This document shows positions 15,575 through 24,132 of a stretch of DNA of 32,000 nt, piece by piece. The stretch is taken from the NCBI GenBank assembly GCA_030604855.1, contig JAUVVC010000004.1, positions 30,001 to 62,000 on the forward strand, given 5' to 3'. Source of the DNA: Erysipelotrichaceae bacterium (GTDB lineage: Bacteria > Bacillota_I > Bacilli_A > Erysipelotrichales > Erysipelotrichaceae). The notes beneath the pieces are model-generated. The model was not told where the DNA came from. It did not search any database and saw only the letters and a list, made by a program, of their open reading frames with translations. How positions within the stretch are numbered: the first letter of the stretch is position 1; each line of letters opens with the position of its first letter. The position numbers and the translations under genes were made by a program.

Positions 15575-16936
15575 CTACCACCCATATTTTTCCGGACCCC
15601 AGTCCGTTTCAACCAAATCTTGTTTGACATAAATCAAACGCTTATCTGCCACATCCTTACTCAAGATGACCCCACTGCCTACGACACTGTAAGCTCCGAC
15701 TTTAACCCCAGGCATCAAGATCGCCCCGACTCCGGTTCGTGTGTAGTCTCCCAAATAACTGGCATTGGAGAAATGAAGGGGTACCTCTTTACGTCCCTTT
15801 ACGACATGCGTCGTCAAGCCATCATCGAAACGCAAGGTCCCACAGGTCGTCCCTGCTCCCAAATCGCTGTGCTCGCCGATACAGCCATAGTATTCCCCAT
15901 AATGCACCATGTACACATGATTGAGCGTGACACCACCCAAGAACTCAAAACCTTGGTCCAATTTATTGTTCGAACCAATAATAGAACCCGCATGGACTTT
16001 CGCATGATTCAATAAACTGCAATTGTCTCCAATCATAAGCTTACCTTCGAGAATGACTCCTTGATCGATAACGGTATTGTCGCCAATGATCACATTGCCG
16101 CGAATCCATACATTGCGGCCAATGTGACTGTTCTTACCCAAGTGGACAAACCCATCCAAGCGCGCACTTTCATGAATACTCGCATTCTCCCCTAAGCTGT
16201 TCTCTTTAAGCAAAGCGCATTGTTCAACTGCAAACTGCGCATTCGCATGTAAGGCATGCCAAGGTTTATCAAAATCATAAACATCCCCATGAAGATCAAA
16301 CACTTTAAACACGATCTTCTGTTTGATCATTTCATTGATCGATTCTTCCAGATAGGATTCAAAAGGAGAACCTACACCGACCTTTAGATCACTGAAACGA
16401 TTGGGATTAGTTTTAGCATAGAATACCCAACTACGATGCGCATGGAAACCAACTGCCACATGACTCATCGCATTACCGCGTTGATGCGCACCAAAAAGCA
16501 CAATAGATTTCTCTTTAACTTCACAGGCAATCACATTGCGTGGATCTTCCTTCAAAGGATGAACTGCGATGGTGTTGGCTTCATAGTTCTGTAAGAACTT
16601 AATCAGCTCTTCATTTGGAATAAAGACATCCCCATACAGCACCGTGACTTCATCTTGGCACTTCTCCATGCCCAAGACAAACGAATGCGCCGTACCCTTC
16701 GTTTCCTCGACCTGTACGAATTCAACCTGCGGATGATGACGAAATAAAGCCACCAAGGGCTCTGCATGTTGTTTCACCACAATGACGATTCGATTCACAC
16801 CCGCAGCCAAACAGGCTTCAACACTGTGTTGGATTAACGGTTTATTCCCCAGTGGAAACATCACCTTATTACGAGTGGATTGGTAAGGCCAGAACTTCGA
16901 CCCTTCCCCAGCGGCGAGAATCAAGACATCTTGCAT
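15575..16936 (-). CDS. GlmU-architecture protein: N-terminal sugar-phosphate nucleotidyltransferase plus C-terminal left-handed beta-helix (hexapeptide repeat) domain
   Basis: 453-aa ORF. NTP-transferase signature ILAAGEGSKFWPYQSTRNKVMFPL. The C-terminal hexapeptide repeats run IGRNVWIRGNVIIGDNTVIDQGVILEGKLMIGDNCSL...GAGTTCGTLRFDDG...GVGAILMPGVKVGAYSVVGSGVIL. GGAGG SD overlaps the purB stop. Confidence 0.75.
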   Translation of the reverse strand: MQDVLILAAGEGSKFWPYQSTRNKVMFPLGNKPLIQHSVEACLAAGVNRIVIVVKQHAEPLVALFRHHPQVEFVQVEETKGTAHSFVLGMEKCQDEVTVLYGDVFIPNEELIKFLQNYEANTIAVHPLKEDPRNVIACEVKEKSIVLFGAHQRGNAMSHVAVGFHAHRSWVFYAKTNPNRFSDLKVGVGSPFESYLEESINEMIKQKIVFKVFDLHGDVYDFDKPWHALHANAQFAVEQCALLKENSLGENASIHESARLDGFVHLGKNSHIGRNVWIRGNVIIGDNTVIDQGVILEGKLMIGDNCSLLNHAKVHAGSIIGSNNKLDQGFEFLGGVTLNHVYMVHYGEYYGCIGEHSDLGAGTTCGTLRFDDGLTTHVVKGRKEVPLHFSNASYLGDYTRTGVGAILMPGVKVGAYSVVGSGVILSKDVADKRLIYVKQDLVETDWGPEKYGW

Positions 16937-16944
16937 AAGGCCTC

Positions 16945-18237
16945 CTATAGACCTACTCTTGCGTAGATCGCATCGACTTCCTTAAGATAATAATCCAAAG
17001 TAAAACATTGATTGATTTCATCCGCACTCATGACCTTACGAATCGATTCATTTTCAAGCAAGAGTGGCTTGAAATCCTCCCGCTGTTGCCAAGCCTGCAT
17101 GGCTAAAGGCTGAACCAAATCATAAGCGACTTCACGACTAAACGCTTTGTGTTCAATCAAATAACTCATGACACGTTGCGCATAAATAACCCCATGTGTG
17201 AGTTCGATATTGCTAAGCATGTTCTCTTCAAAGACCTGTAAGTTCTCAATCAAACCCGTCATCCGATTGAGCATGTAATCCAAAAGTACCGTCGCATCCG
17301 GTAGAATGATGCGCTCTACCGATGAATGTGAGATGTCTCGCTCATGCCACAATGCGATGTCCTCAAAAGAAGTAAGCATGTAGCCCCTTAAGACACGCGA
17401 CAAACCACTGATGTTTTCAAAAGAGATCGGGTTGCGTTTATGTGGCATTGCACTGGATCCTTTTTGTTTGGATCCAAAGCCTTCCTCCACCTCACGCACT
17501 TCCGTTCTTTGAAGATGTCTGAACTCCACACTGATCTTCTCCAAGGTCGATCCGATCAAAGCCAAGACACCTAAGTAATAGGCATGACGATCGCGTTGTA
17601 AGACCTGTGTTGATATCTTTGAAGTCTGTAGACCTAAACGTGCGGTGACCTTGTCCTGCAAGGTCGTCCCTGTAATCAGGCAATTTCCAACCGCACCACT
17701 GATCTTACCCACTTCGATGTCTTTACACGCATCATCGAAACGCTTGATTTGGCGATCCAACTCATCCACCCACAAAGCATATTTCAAGCCAAAGCTGGTG
17801 ATCTCCGCATGAACACCATGGGTTCTTCCCATGCATACCGTATGTTTATATTGCAGCGCTTTCTTGACCAGTACCGCTCTTAACTTCAAGATATCTTCCT
17901 TAAGCAAGGCATTGACCTGCTTGAATATGACACCCAAGGCTGTATCCACCACATCCGTAGAGGTCAAACCATAGTGGATCCAACGTTTCTCATCCCCTAA
18001 GGTTTCACTCACAGAGCGCGTGAACGCAACCACATCGTGGCGTGTTTCTTGCTCGATGCTTTCGATGCGTGCGATGTCAAAGCTTGCTTTTCGTAAAGCC
18101 TGCATTTCATCTAAGCTAATCATGCCTTCTTCATGGTATACTTCACAAACCGCAAGTTCCACAGCCAACCAAGCTTCATATTTGGCTTGATCGCTCCAGT
18201 GTTGCGTCATTTGGGGTCTGGCGTATCGTTTGATCAT
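16945..18237 (-). CDS. purB: Adenylosuccinate lyase
   Basis: 430-aa ORF. N-terminal RYARPQM...W, GLTSTDV, the fumarate-lyase signature GSSAMPHKRNP, and a C-terminal ADSL_C-like tail. Confidence 0.95.
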   Translation of the reverse strand: MIKRYARPQMTQHWSDQAKYEAWLAVELAVCEVYHEEGMISLDEMQALRKASFDIARIESIEQETRHDVVAFTRSVSETLGDEKRWIHYGLTSTDVVDTALGVIFKQVNALLKEDILKLRAVLVKKALQYKHTVCMGRTHGVHAEITSFGLKYALWVDELDRQIKRFDDACKDIEVGKISGAVGNCLITGTTLQDKVTARLGLQTSKISTQVLQRDRHAYYLGVLALIGSTLEKISVEFRHLQRTEVREVEEGFGSKQKGSSAMPHKRNPISFENISGLSRVLRGYMLTSFEDIALWHERDISHSSVERIILPDATVLLDYMLNRMTGLIENLQVFEENMLSNIELTHGVIYAQRVMSYLIEHKAFSREVAYDLVQPLAMQAWQQREDFKPLLLENESIRKVMSADEINQCFTLDYYLKEVDAIYARVGL

Positions 18238-18282
18238 AAGTCCTCACTTTTATTAAATGGTTTTTTAGGCTAAACTAAGGCT

Positions 18283-18882
18283 ATGCCTGTACGCCTAAAT
18301 TGTAACATAAGCCATACGATAATCTTGAAGAAATCCGAGTTCATCACCGAGCTCCATCGTGTCTTCACATTGGATGAGATCCAAGCAGTTCTAAAAGATG
18401 CTCATAAGCGCCATCCCAAGGCAACGCATATCTGCACAGCTTTTCGCATTGAGAACCATGAGCGTTCCAATGACGATGGTGAACCCAGTGGAACCGCAGG
18501 ACTCCCCATGTTGGAAGTTTTACGCAAGCATGATGTAATCGATGTCTTGGCCTTGGTCATCCGCTATTATGGTGGCATCCAACTGGGTGCTGGCGGTCTG
18601 ACACGTGCCTACAATGGTTCCGTTGCGGAAGCACTCACCCATGCACAATTGAATCCTCTCATCCCCGTGATTGAGAGTCAGCTTCGTTTTCCCATTCAAT
18701 ACGCCGATACCATTCTGTATCGATTCAGTGATAAAGAAGTTCTACGTAAAACATTTGATGCCGACGTGACGCTGACCTTGCGAACTCAAACGATGGATTT
18801 CTTGCCCCAGCTTCAAGAAATCACACGCGGACAAATCGAAGTCCTCTACCAAAAAGAAATGATCCTAGAAAGTAAACCATGA
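18283..18882 (+). CDS. yigZ: YigZ / IMPACT family protein (UPF0029)
   Basis: 199-aa ORF with LKKSEFI, ATHICTAFRI, SNDDGEPSGTAGLPML and VIRYYGGIQLGAGGLTRAY. These align by eye with E. coli YigZ. Confidence 0.85.
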   Translation: MPVRLNCNISHTIILKKSEFITELHRVFTLDEIQAVLKDAHKRHPKATHICTAFRIENHERSNDDGEPSGTAGLPMLEVLRKHDVIDVLALVIRYYGGIQLGAGGLTRAYNGSVAEALTHAQLNPLIPVIESQLRFPIQYADTILYRFSDKEVLRKTFDADVTLTLRTQTMDFLPQLQEITRGQIEVLYQKEMILESKP

Positions 18883-20048
18883 AACAAATACTCATCATAG
18901 GGGGTGGGCCTGCAGGTTGTATGGCCGCCATCGCATGCAAGACCCAGCATCCTCAACACCAAGTCATTCTGCTTGAAGGCAATTCACGCCTGGGTGAAAA
19001 ATTACGTTTGACCGGGGGTGGAAGGTGCAACCTGACCGCAAATGTAAGTGCTGAAGAAATCATCAAACATACGCCCCGGAATGGTCGCTTCCTTTTCAGC
19101 AGCCTAAATAACATGGATCCGCATACGATCATGCGCTTCTTCACCGATCGTAAACTCTTGCTTAAAGAAGAAGACCATCAACGTATTTTCCCCATAACCG
19201 ATAAAGCTGAAGATGTCGTCAATGTGCTCGAAAACGAACTTAAGAAGTACGGTGTTCAGATCCAGTTATCCACCTTGGTCACTTCAATCGATGTGAAGCA
19301 TAAGCAGATCAAAACAAACAAAGGAAACTTCCCCTTTGATCATTTGATCTTCGCAACAGGGGGCGCAACTTACCCTCAAACAGGCTCCAACGGACAAAGT
19401 TTTGAGCTCTTGAAGCAATGCGGACATACGATCACTCCATTGAAACCCTCAGAAGTACCTTTGGTAAGCAATGCCTCAATCATCCAGTCTAAGGATCTTC
19501 AAGGCTTGTCCTTTAAAGACATCACAATCACAGCTTTTGTGAATGAAAAAAAGATCATTCAAGTCACCCATGATCTCTTGTTTACACATTTTGGTTTATC
19601 TGGACCAGCAGCACTCCAAACCAGCAGTTATCTCAATGATGCATTCATCGATGGGAATAAAGTTCATGTCTCCATTGATTTTCTACCAAAGGTCAAACGT
19701 GAAATACTTGAAGCCCAAGTCAAATTGAAACCCATCGAAGAAATACTCTTATTTCATGGTATTCCGAAACGGCTCATCCAAGTGCTTAAGACAGGTGAAT
19801 CTCTAGATGTGATGTCCATCAAACAATTCAAACTTGAGCTCCATGGTACTCGTGGTTTCACCACAGCCTTTGTGACCTGTGGCGGTGTGTCCTTAAAAGA
19901 AATCGACCCAAAAACAATGCGATCCAAACTGGTTCCTTGGCTTTCCATTTGTGGAGAAGCCCTGGATGTCAACTCATTGACGGGTGGCTATAATATGACT
20001 GTTGCCTTCTCCACCGGTTATACCGCGGGTTTGATGCTAGAAAACTAG
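18879..20048 (+). CDS. HI0933/YhiN(BaiN)-type NAD(P)/FAD-dependent oxidoreductase
   Basis: 389-aa ORF. Rossmann motif IIGGGPAGCMAA and family motif TGGGRCNLTAN. C-terminal GEALDVNSLTGGYNMTVAFSTG. The start overlaps the yigZ stop (ATGA). Confidence 0.85.
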   Translation: MKQILIIGGGPAGCMAAIACKTQHPQHQVILLEGNSRLGEKLRLTGGGRCNLTANVSAEEIIKHTPRNGRFLFSSLNNMDPHTIMRFFTDRKLLLKEEDHQRIFPITDKAEDVVNVLENELKKYGVQIQLSTLVTSIDVKHKQIKTNKGNFPFDHLIFATGGATYPQTGSNGQSFELLKQCGHTITPLKPSEVPLVSNASIIQSKDLQGLSFKDITITAFVNEKKIIQVTHDLLFTHFGLSGPAALQTSSYLNDAFIDGNKVHVSIDFLPKVKREILEAQVKLKPIEEILLFHGIPKRLIQVLKTGESLDVMSIKQFKLELHGTRGFTTAFVTCGGVSLKEIDPKTMRSKLVPWLSICGEALDVNSLTGGYNMTVAFSTGYTAGLMLEN

Positions 20049-21115
20049 TTGTATTCTTCACGTGTGATTTGGATTTTATGCGCTGTGTCATCCACGGCAT
20101 AATTCTTTTGTTTAAGTAGACGTATGCATGCGTTGACCACATCGGGATCATATAGGATCCCTTTGTTTTGCTCGATTTCTTCCATGGCGGTTTCCAATGT
20201 ACGAGCCGGACGATAGGGTCGATGTGAAATCATCGCTTCTACGACATCCGCAACCACCAAGATTTTGGACTCCAACAAAACATCTTTGTGGCTTAGTTTA
20301 TTAGGATAACCTGTTCCGTTATAGCGTTCATGGTGCTGTCCGACAGCCAATGCATATTCTTTCGGTAAACCAGCTTCAATGAGCATTTCATAGCCTGCTT
20401 GAGCGTGTTCTTTGATGAGTGCCATTTCGACATCCGAAATGCGTCCTGGTTTTGACAGGATTTCGGATGGGACCACAATCTTGCCCACATCATGAACATA
20501 GCCAATGATGCGTACATCTTCAATTTGCTTCGTATTGAGACCCATATTCAATGCAATCTCCGCCGCAAGATTGCCAACTCGACGTTGGTGACCTGCCGTA
20601 TAGGGATCTCGATATTCGATGACCTTAGCCAATAGACTCACGACCCCAGCACTGGCTTCAATCAGTGCGGCGGTTCGATTCTCCACAAGTGCTTCTAAAT
20701 TTTTCTGATATTGTTCATTCTCGATTTCGAGTTGTTTCTTATCATCCACCAACTGTTTGACATCCAAAACGCGTCTAATGACACGCAAAAACTCATGTCG
20801 CTCAACGGGCTTACTGAGATAATCCGAAGCTTGGTATTGAATGCCCAAGACTGCCGTCTCAACCGTGGGTTCTCCGGTCATGATGATGACGGGGGTGTCC
20901 AAGCCGGTATCACGGACGGACTTCAAGAGGTCCAAACCCGATTTCCCGCTCATGATCACATCTGAAATGATTAAGTCATACGTGTTGTTTACAAGAAGGG
21001 CCAAAGCATCTTCGACATTGGAAGCGGACTCCACCTTATGATTCTCAATTTCAAGAAATAGGGTCAACGTCTTTCGAATCGATCGCTCATCATCAACCAA
21101 TAGAATCTTAGCCAT
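20045..21115 (-). CDS. Response regulator with REC domain and HD-GYP phosphodiesterase output
   Basis: 356-aa ORF. REC: ILLVDDE, DLIISDVIMSGKSG, a coiled-coil linker. HD-GYP: HDVGK and HHERYNGTGYP. Confidence 0.9.
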   Translation of the reverse strand: MAKILLVDDERSIRKTLTLFLEIENHKVESASNVEDALALLVNNTYDLIISDVIMSGKSGLDLLKSVRDTGLDTPVIIMTGEPTVETAVLGIQYQASDYLSKPVERHEFLRVIRRVLDVKQLVDDKKQLEIENEQYQKNLEALVENRTAALIEASAGVVSLLAKVIEYRDPYTAGHQRRVGNLAAEIALNMGLNTKQIEDVRIIGYVHDVGKIVVPSEILSKPGRISDVEMALIKEHAQAGYEMLIEAGLPKEYALAVGQHHERYNGTGYPNKLSHKDVLLESKILVVADVVEAMISHRPYRPARTLETAMEEIEQNKGILYDPDVVNACIRLLKQKNYAVDDTAHKIQITREEYN

Positions 21116-23177
21116 TGTCTGCTCCTTTCAACGGTAGATAAATATCAAAACGTGTACGATTCTTCTCATTAACCACTTCAATGAAGCCATCATGATCTTT
21201 AACGATGCCATAGGATATGGATAAGCCTAAACCGGTTCCCTTATCCTTTGACTTTGTCGAAAAGAAAGGTTGAAACATCTTTTCCTTCACATCATCCTGA
21301 ATTCCGATGCCATTATCCATGACACTTAAAACGATATAATCTCGTAAGTGGTGTTCCTTTTGCTTTGCCGACACAAGAATGTGTTTATTCATTTCATCCA
21401 TGCCAATGTTCTCTTGGATCGCATCCCGTGCATTCGTCAAGAGATTCATCAAGACCTGTTGGATCTGCTGGGAGCGACATTGAATCATCGGAAGGTCTTC
21501 TTCAATTTCAAGCGTGATTTTAATATTGTCCTTACGGAAGATCGTATTGACCAAAGACAAGGTCCGATTAATGATATCTTCGATTCGAGCGAAACTGTGT
21601 GTCTGTTTATCCATACGGGAGAACTGTAATAGATTGCGGACAATTTCAGACACACGCTTGGACTCAAATATGATCTCTGAGGCATATTCCTTTGTCTTCG
21701 CTTCTTCACTACCTTCCACGATCAGTTCGGCATAGTTCAGAATGCCTTGGAGTGGGTTGTTTATTTCATGCGCCACGCCTCCTGCAAGAAGACCAACGGA
21801 TTCTAATTTTTGTTGTTGCTGAGAGCGCTGTTCCAGTTCAAAACGCACTGCTTGAGCTTTCTTCTGTTCGGTGATGTCCCGTGCAAAGGCCAAGGTTCCA
21901 ATAACGCCATCGTATTCGTAATATACAGAGAGAACTTCTACTTCAATGGGTGTACCATCTTGTTTTATATAGACTAACTCAGCTGGCTCAAGTGCACCTT
22001 TATCTTTGATCAAACGTGTTAAACGTTCACGAACGATCTCACGGTAGTCAACACGAATGAATTCAAAGACCGAATGCGTAAGGATACGATCAGGATGATC
22101 TGTGCCAAAGAGGTCAAATGCCGGTTGATTCATGTAGCGAAACTCAAAATCGACGACAAGAAATACAGCGTAAGGAGAATGATTGAGCATCGCCCTTAAC
22201 AATCGATCCCGCTCTTGCACAGCATTCTGAAAGCTGATTTTTTGTGACACATCATGAATGATGGAATACAAAAGGGATCTTCCACGAATAACCACCGTTC
22301 CAGAGTGAACTTCTACATCTGCCACAATCCCGTTGGCTCTGCGATGTTTAAATTCAAAATAGTTCTTTTCGGATCGCATCGAACGTTGCATCTCTTTCTT
22401 GATTTCATCCTCACTCAAGGTATTGATTTGATTGATTTTCATGCTCAATAGCTTTTCTTTCGAATAGCCGTAGAAGCTCAAAGCCGCATTATTCGCATCC
22501 TCTATTTTCCCGGTTTGGGGATCAATCAAAAGCATCACGGCATGACTGTTCTCAAAGAGACCTCGGTATACCGCTTCATTCTCATACACCTTGCTGTTCG
22601 ATTCATCGATGTCACGAATCTGATAAAAAAGCAGACCAAGAATCAAGGTGCCAATGGGGTAGATCAACAAAATGCTTGGTCCTAAGGCCGTGAGTGTATC
22701 CACAGCCAATGCGTAAGGGAGTGTGAACATGCATAAAATCATTAAAAAATGAACCAACACACCAAAAACATAGAGTTCCGTTGTACGGTTCATAAAGGTT
22801 TTTTCAAAGACAAAACGACGCCACACAAACCCGAAACTGGTCACGACGACAATAACCAACATTCCAGTAAGCATCCCCACGCCACCCATGATGATGCGAT
22901 AAACGAAGGTGATGCCCGCCGCTATCAAAGCCGTAGACATGGGGAAAAATAAGGTCAACAAACTCAATAACACAGATCGCGTATCAAAAACCAAACCCGC
23001 TCTGAAGACCAAGGGATTCATCATGATGGCAACTCCAATCAAGCCTGCAATGACACCTTCAATGTAGGCACTGTTGCCTAGTTTTCGAAAATACTGATGA
23101 CGCAATTGATTCATCAGCGCAAGGACGAGTAAGATGGCGATGTTGTTGATTATGGATTGAAAGATATCACTGTTCAT
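21108..23177 (-). CDS. Sensor histidine kinase: 5TMR-LYT-type membrane domain, two PAS domains, HisKA and HATPase_c
   Basis: I place the start at MNSDIF (ATG 23177-23175), preceded by GGGGG. The track ORF extends to 23267. There are 5-6 TM helices with GLVFDTRSV. PAS1 spans YRGLFENSHAVMLLID...IIHDVSQK and PAS2 spans LLRAMLNHSPYAV...FARDITEQK. H-box GVAHEINNPL, N-box LMNLLTNARDA, G-boxes DNGIGI and GTGLGLS. The stop overlaps the regulator start by 8 nt. Confidence 0.88.
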   Translation of the reverse strand: MNSDIFQSIINNIAILLVLALMNQLRHQYFRKLGNSAYIEGVIAGLIGVAIMMNPLVFRAGLVFDTRSVLLSLLTLFFPMSTALIAAGITFVYRIIMGGVGMLTGMLVIVVVTSFGFVWRRFVFEKTFMNRTTELYVFGVLVHFLMILCMFTLPYALAVDTLTALGPSILLIYPIGTLILGLLFYQIRDIDESNSKVYENEAVYRGLFENSHAVMLLIDPQTGKIEDANNAALSFYGYSKEKLLSMKINQINTLSEDEIKKEMQRSMRSEKNYFEFKHRRANGIVADVEVHSGTVVIRGRSLLYSIIHDVSQKISFQNAVQERDRLLRAMLNHSPYAVFLVVDFEFRYMNQPAFDLFGTDHPDRILTHSVFEFIRVDYREIVRERLTRLIKDKGALEPAELVYIKQDGTPIEVEVLSVYYEYDGVIGTLAFARDITEQKKAQAVRFELEQRSQQQQKLESVGLLAGGVAHEINNPLQGILNYAELIVEGSEEAKTKEYASEIIFESKRVSEIVRNLLQFSRMDKQTHSFARIEDIINRTLSLVNTIFRKDNIKITLEIEEDLPMIQCRSQQIQQVLMNLLTNARDAIQENIGMDEMNKHILVSAKQKEHHLRDYIVLSVMDNGIGIQDDVKEKMFQPFFSTKSKDKGTGLGLSISYGIVKDHDGFIEVVNEKNRTRFDIYLPLKGADNG

Positions 23178-23199
23178 AAAAGCCCCCATAAATGCTTTA

Positions 23200-23229
23200 A
23201 TTATGACACAGCTTTTTAAACTTAGGCAA
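23200..23229 (-). promoter_or_regulatory. Candidate promoter of the kinase/regulator operon (TTGCCT-N18-TGtCATAAT)
   Basis: On the minus strand the -35 TTGCCT is the complement of 23224-23229. The extended -10 TGTCATAAT is the complement of 23200-23208. Confidence 0.35.
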
Positions 23230-23280
23230 ATAAATACTTGATTATGTACTAATAACAAAAATAACATTCATTATTAGGCA

Positions 23281-23312
23281 ATAAAAAACACTCAAAACAT
23301 CGTCTGAGTGTT
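23281..23312 (-). terminator. Rho-independent terminator after the 267-aa gene
   Basis: The minus strand reads AACACTCA-(10-nt loop)-TGAGTGTT followed by TTTTAT. Confidence 0.7.
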
Positions 23313-23326
23313 GTTAAGTTTGAATA

Positions 23327-24130
23327 TTACATCCGCCACATTTCGCTGTACATCAAGAACTGAACATGATCTGAATTCAACTTGGCAATGTGACGTTGCC
23401 GACGAATATCATTTTCACATTCTCCTTGAAGAAGGTTGCGATTCATCATCGTATGGACATAAATCATTTTCTTCAATAAGAACCATTTCACAACCGCTGG
23501 ATAGATCACAGCTTCACGTTTTGGATTCGTCTGAATGTCTGCTTTGACGTCTTCTTGAATCTGAGCTGCTGCTTGATAGACCTTGGCCAGAAGCACTTCA
23601 TAAGAACGAAAGACATCAGAGTCCAACATCCGTTGTACGGCTCCCGCTTTTGATTTATCGGTGTAGAGCTTATCAATCGCATTGAACAGATTGGGATGAT
23701 CGATGTAACAAGATACACACTGATTCTTCATTTCTTCAAGTAAAGAACCTTGTTCCGTAAGGGCTAAGAAGTAACCTTTAGCCAAAAGATATGAAGACAT
23801 ATCCCCATCCATGAGAATTAAGCCGCAAAGTTCCCCATCTGGATTCTTACCATACACCAAATAAGGTAGATCGAACTGATGGTCTGGCAATTTTTGGACA
23901 TCTTTGTAACGAATGATTTGATTAGAGATCAAATTATGATTGATATCGAAACGATAATGAACTAGAACTCTAAAATCACAATCTTTCTCAAGAATCTTCT
24001 TAAACAAACTTAAATGCGGATGATGTTCTGGTAATAGAGCGGCATAATCTTCGAGAAACCCATTGAATTCACAATGCGGATTCCCTCTGCGTTGGTCAAG
24101 AATATTGGTGAGTGTTACATAAGAATCCAT
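23327..24130 (-). CDS. Hypothetical protein, 267 aa, no family recognised
   Basis: Long ORF beginning 2 nt after the EamA gene stop, co-oriented with it and followed by its own terminator. It has no TM segments. It contains His/Cys-containing stretches (NPHCEF, PEHHPH). Confidence 0.6.
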   Translation of the reverse strand: MDSYVTLTNILDQRRGNPHCEFNGFLEDYAALLPEHHPHLSLFKKILEKDCDFRVLVHYRFDINHNLISNQIIRYKDVQKLPDHQFDLPYLVYGKNPDGELCGLILMDGDMSSYLLAKGYFLALTEQGSLLEEMKNQCVSCYIDHPNLFNAIDKLYTDKSKAGAVQRMLDSDVFRSYEVLLAKVYQAAAQIQEDVKADIQTNPKREAVIYPAVVKWFLLKKMIYVHTMMNRNLLQGECENDIRRQRHIAKLNSDHVQFLMYSEMWRM

Positions 24131-24132
24131 AC

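Noticed and set aside
23178-23267. N-terminal 30-codon extension of the histidine kinase ORF
   Set aside because: The extension covers the candidate promoter and has no SD. The first TM helix begins right after MNSDIF. ATG 23189 (MGAF) remains a minor alternative.
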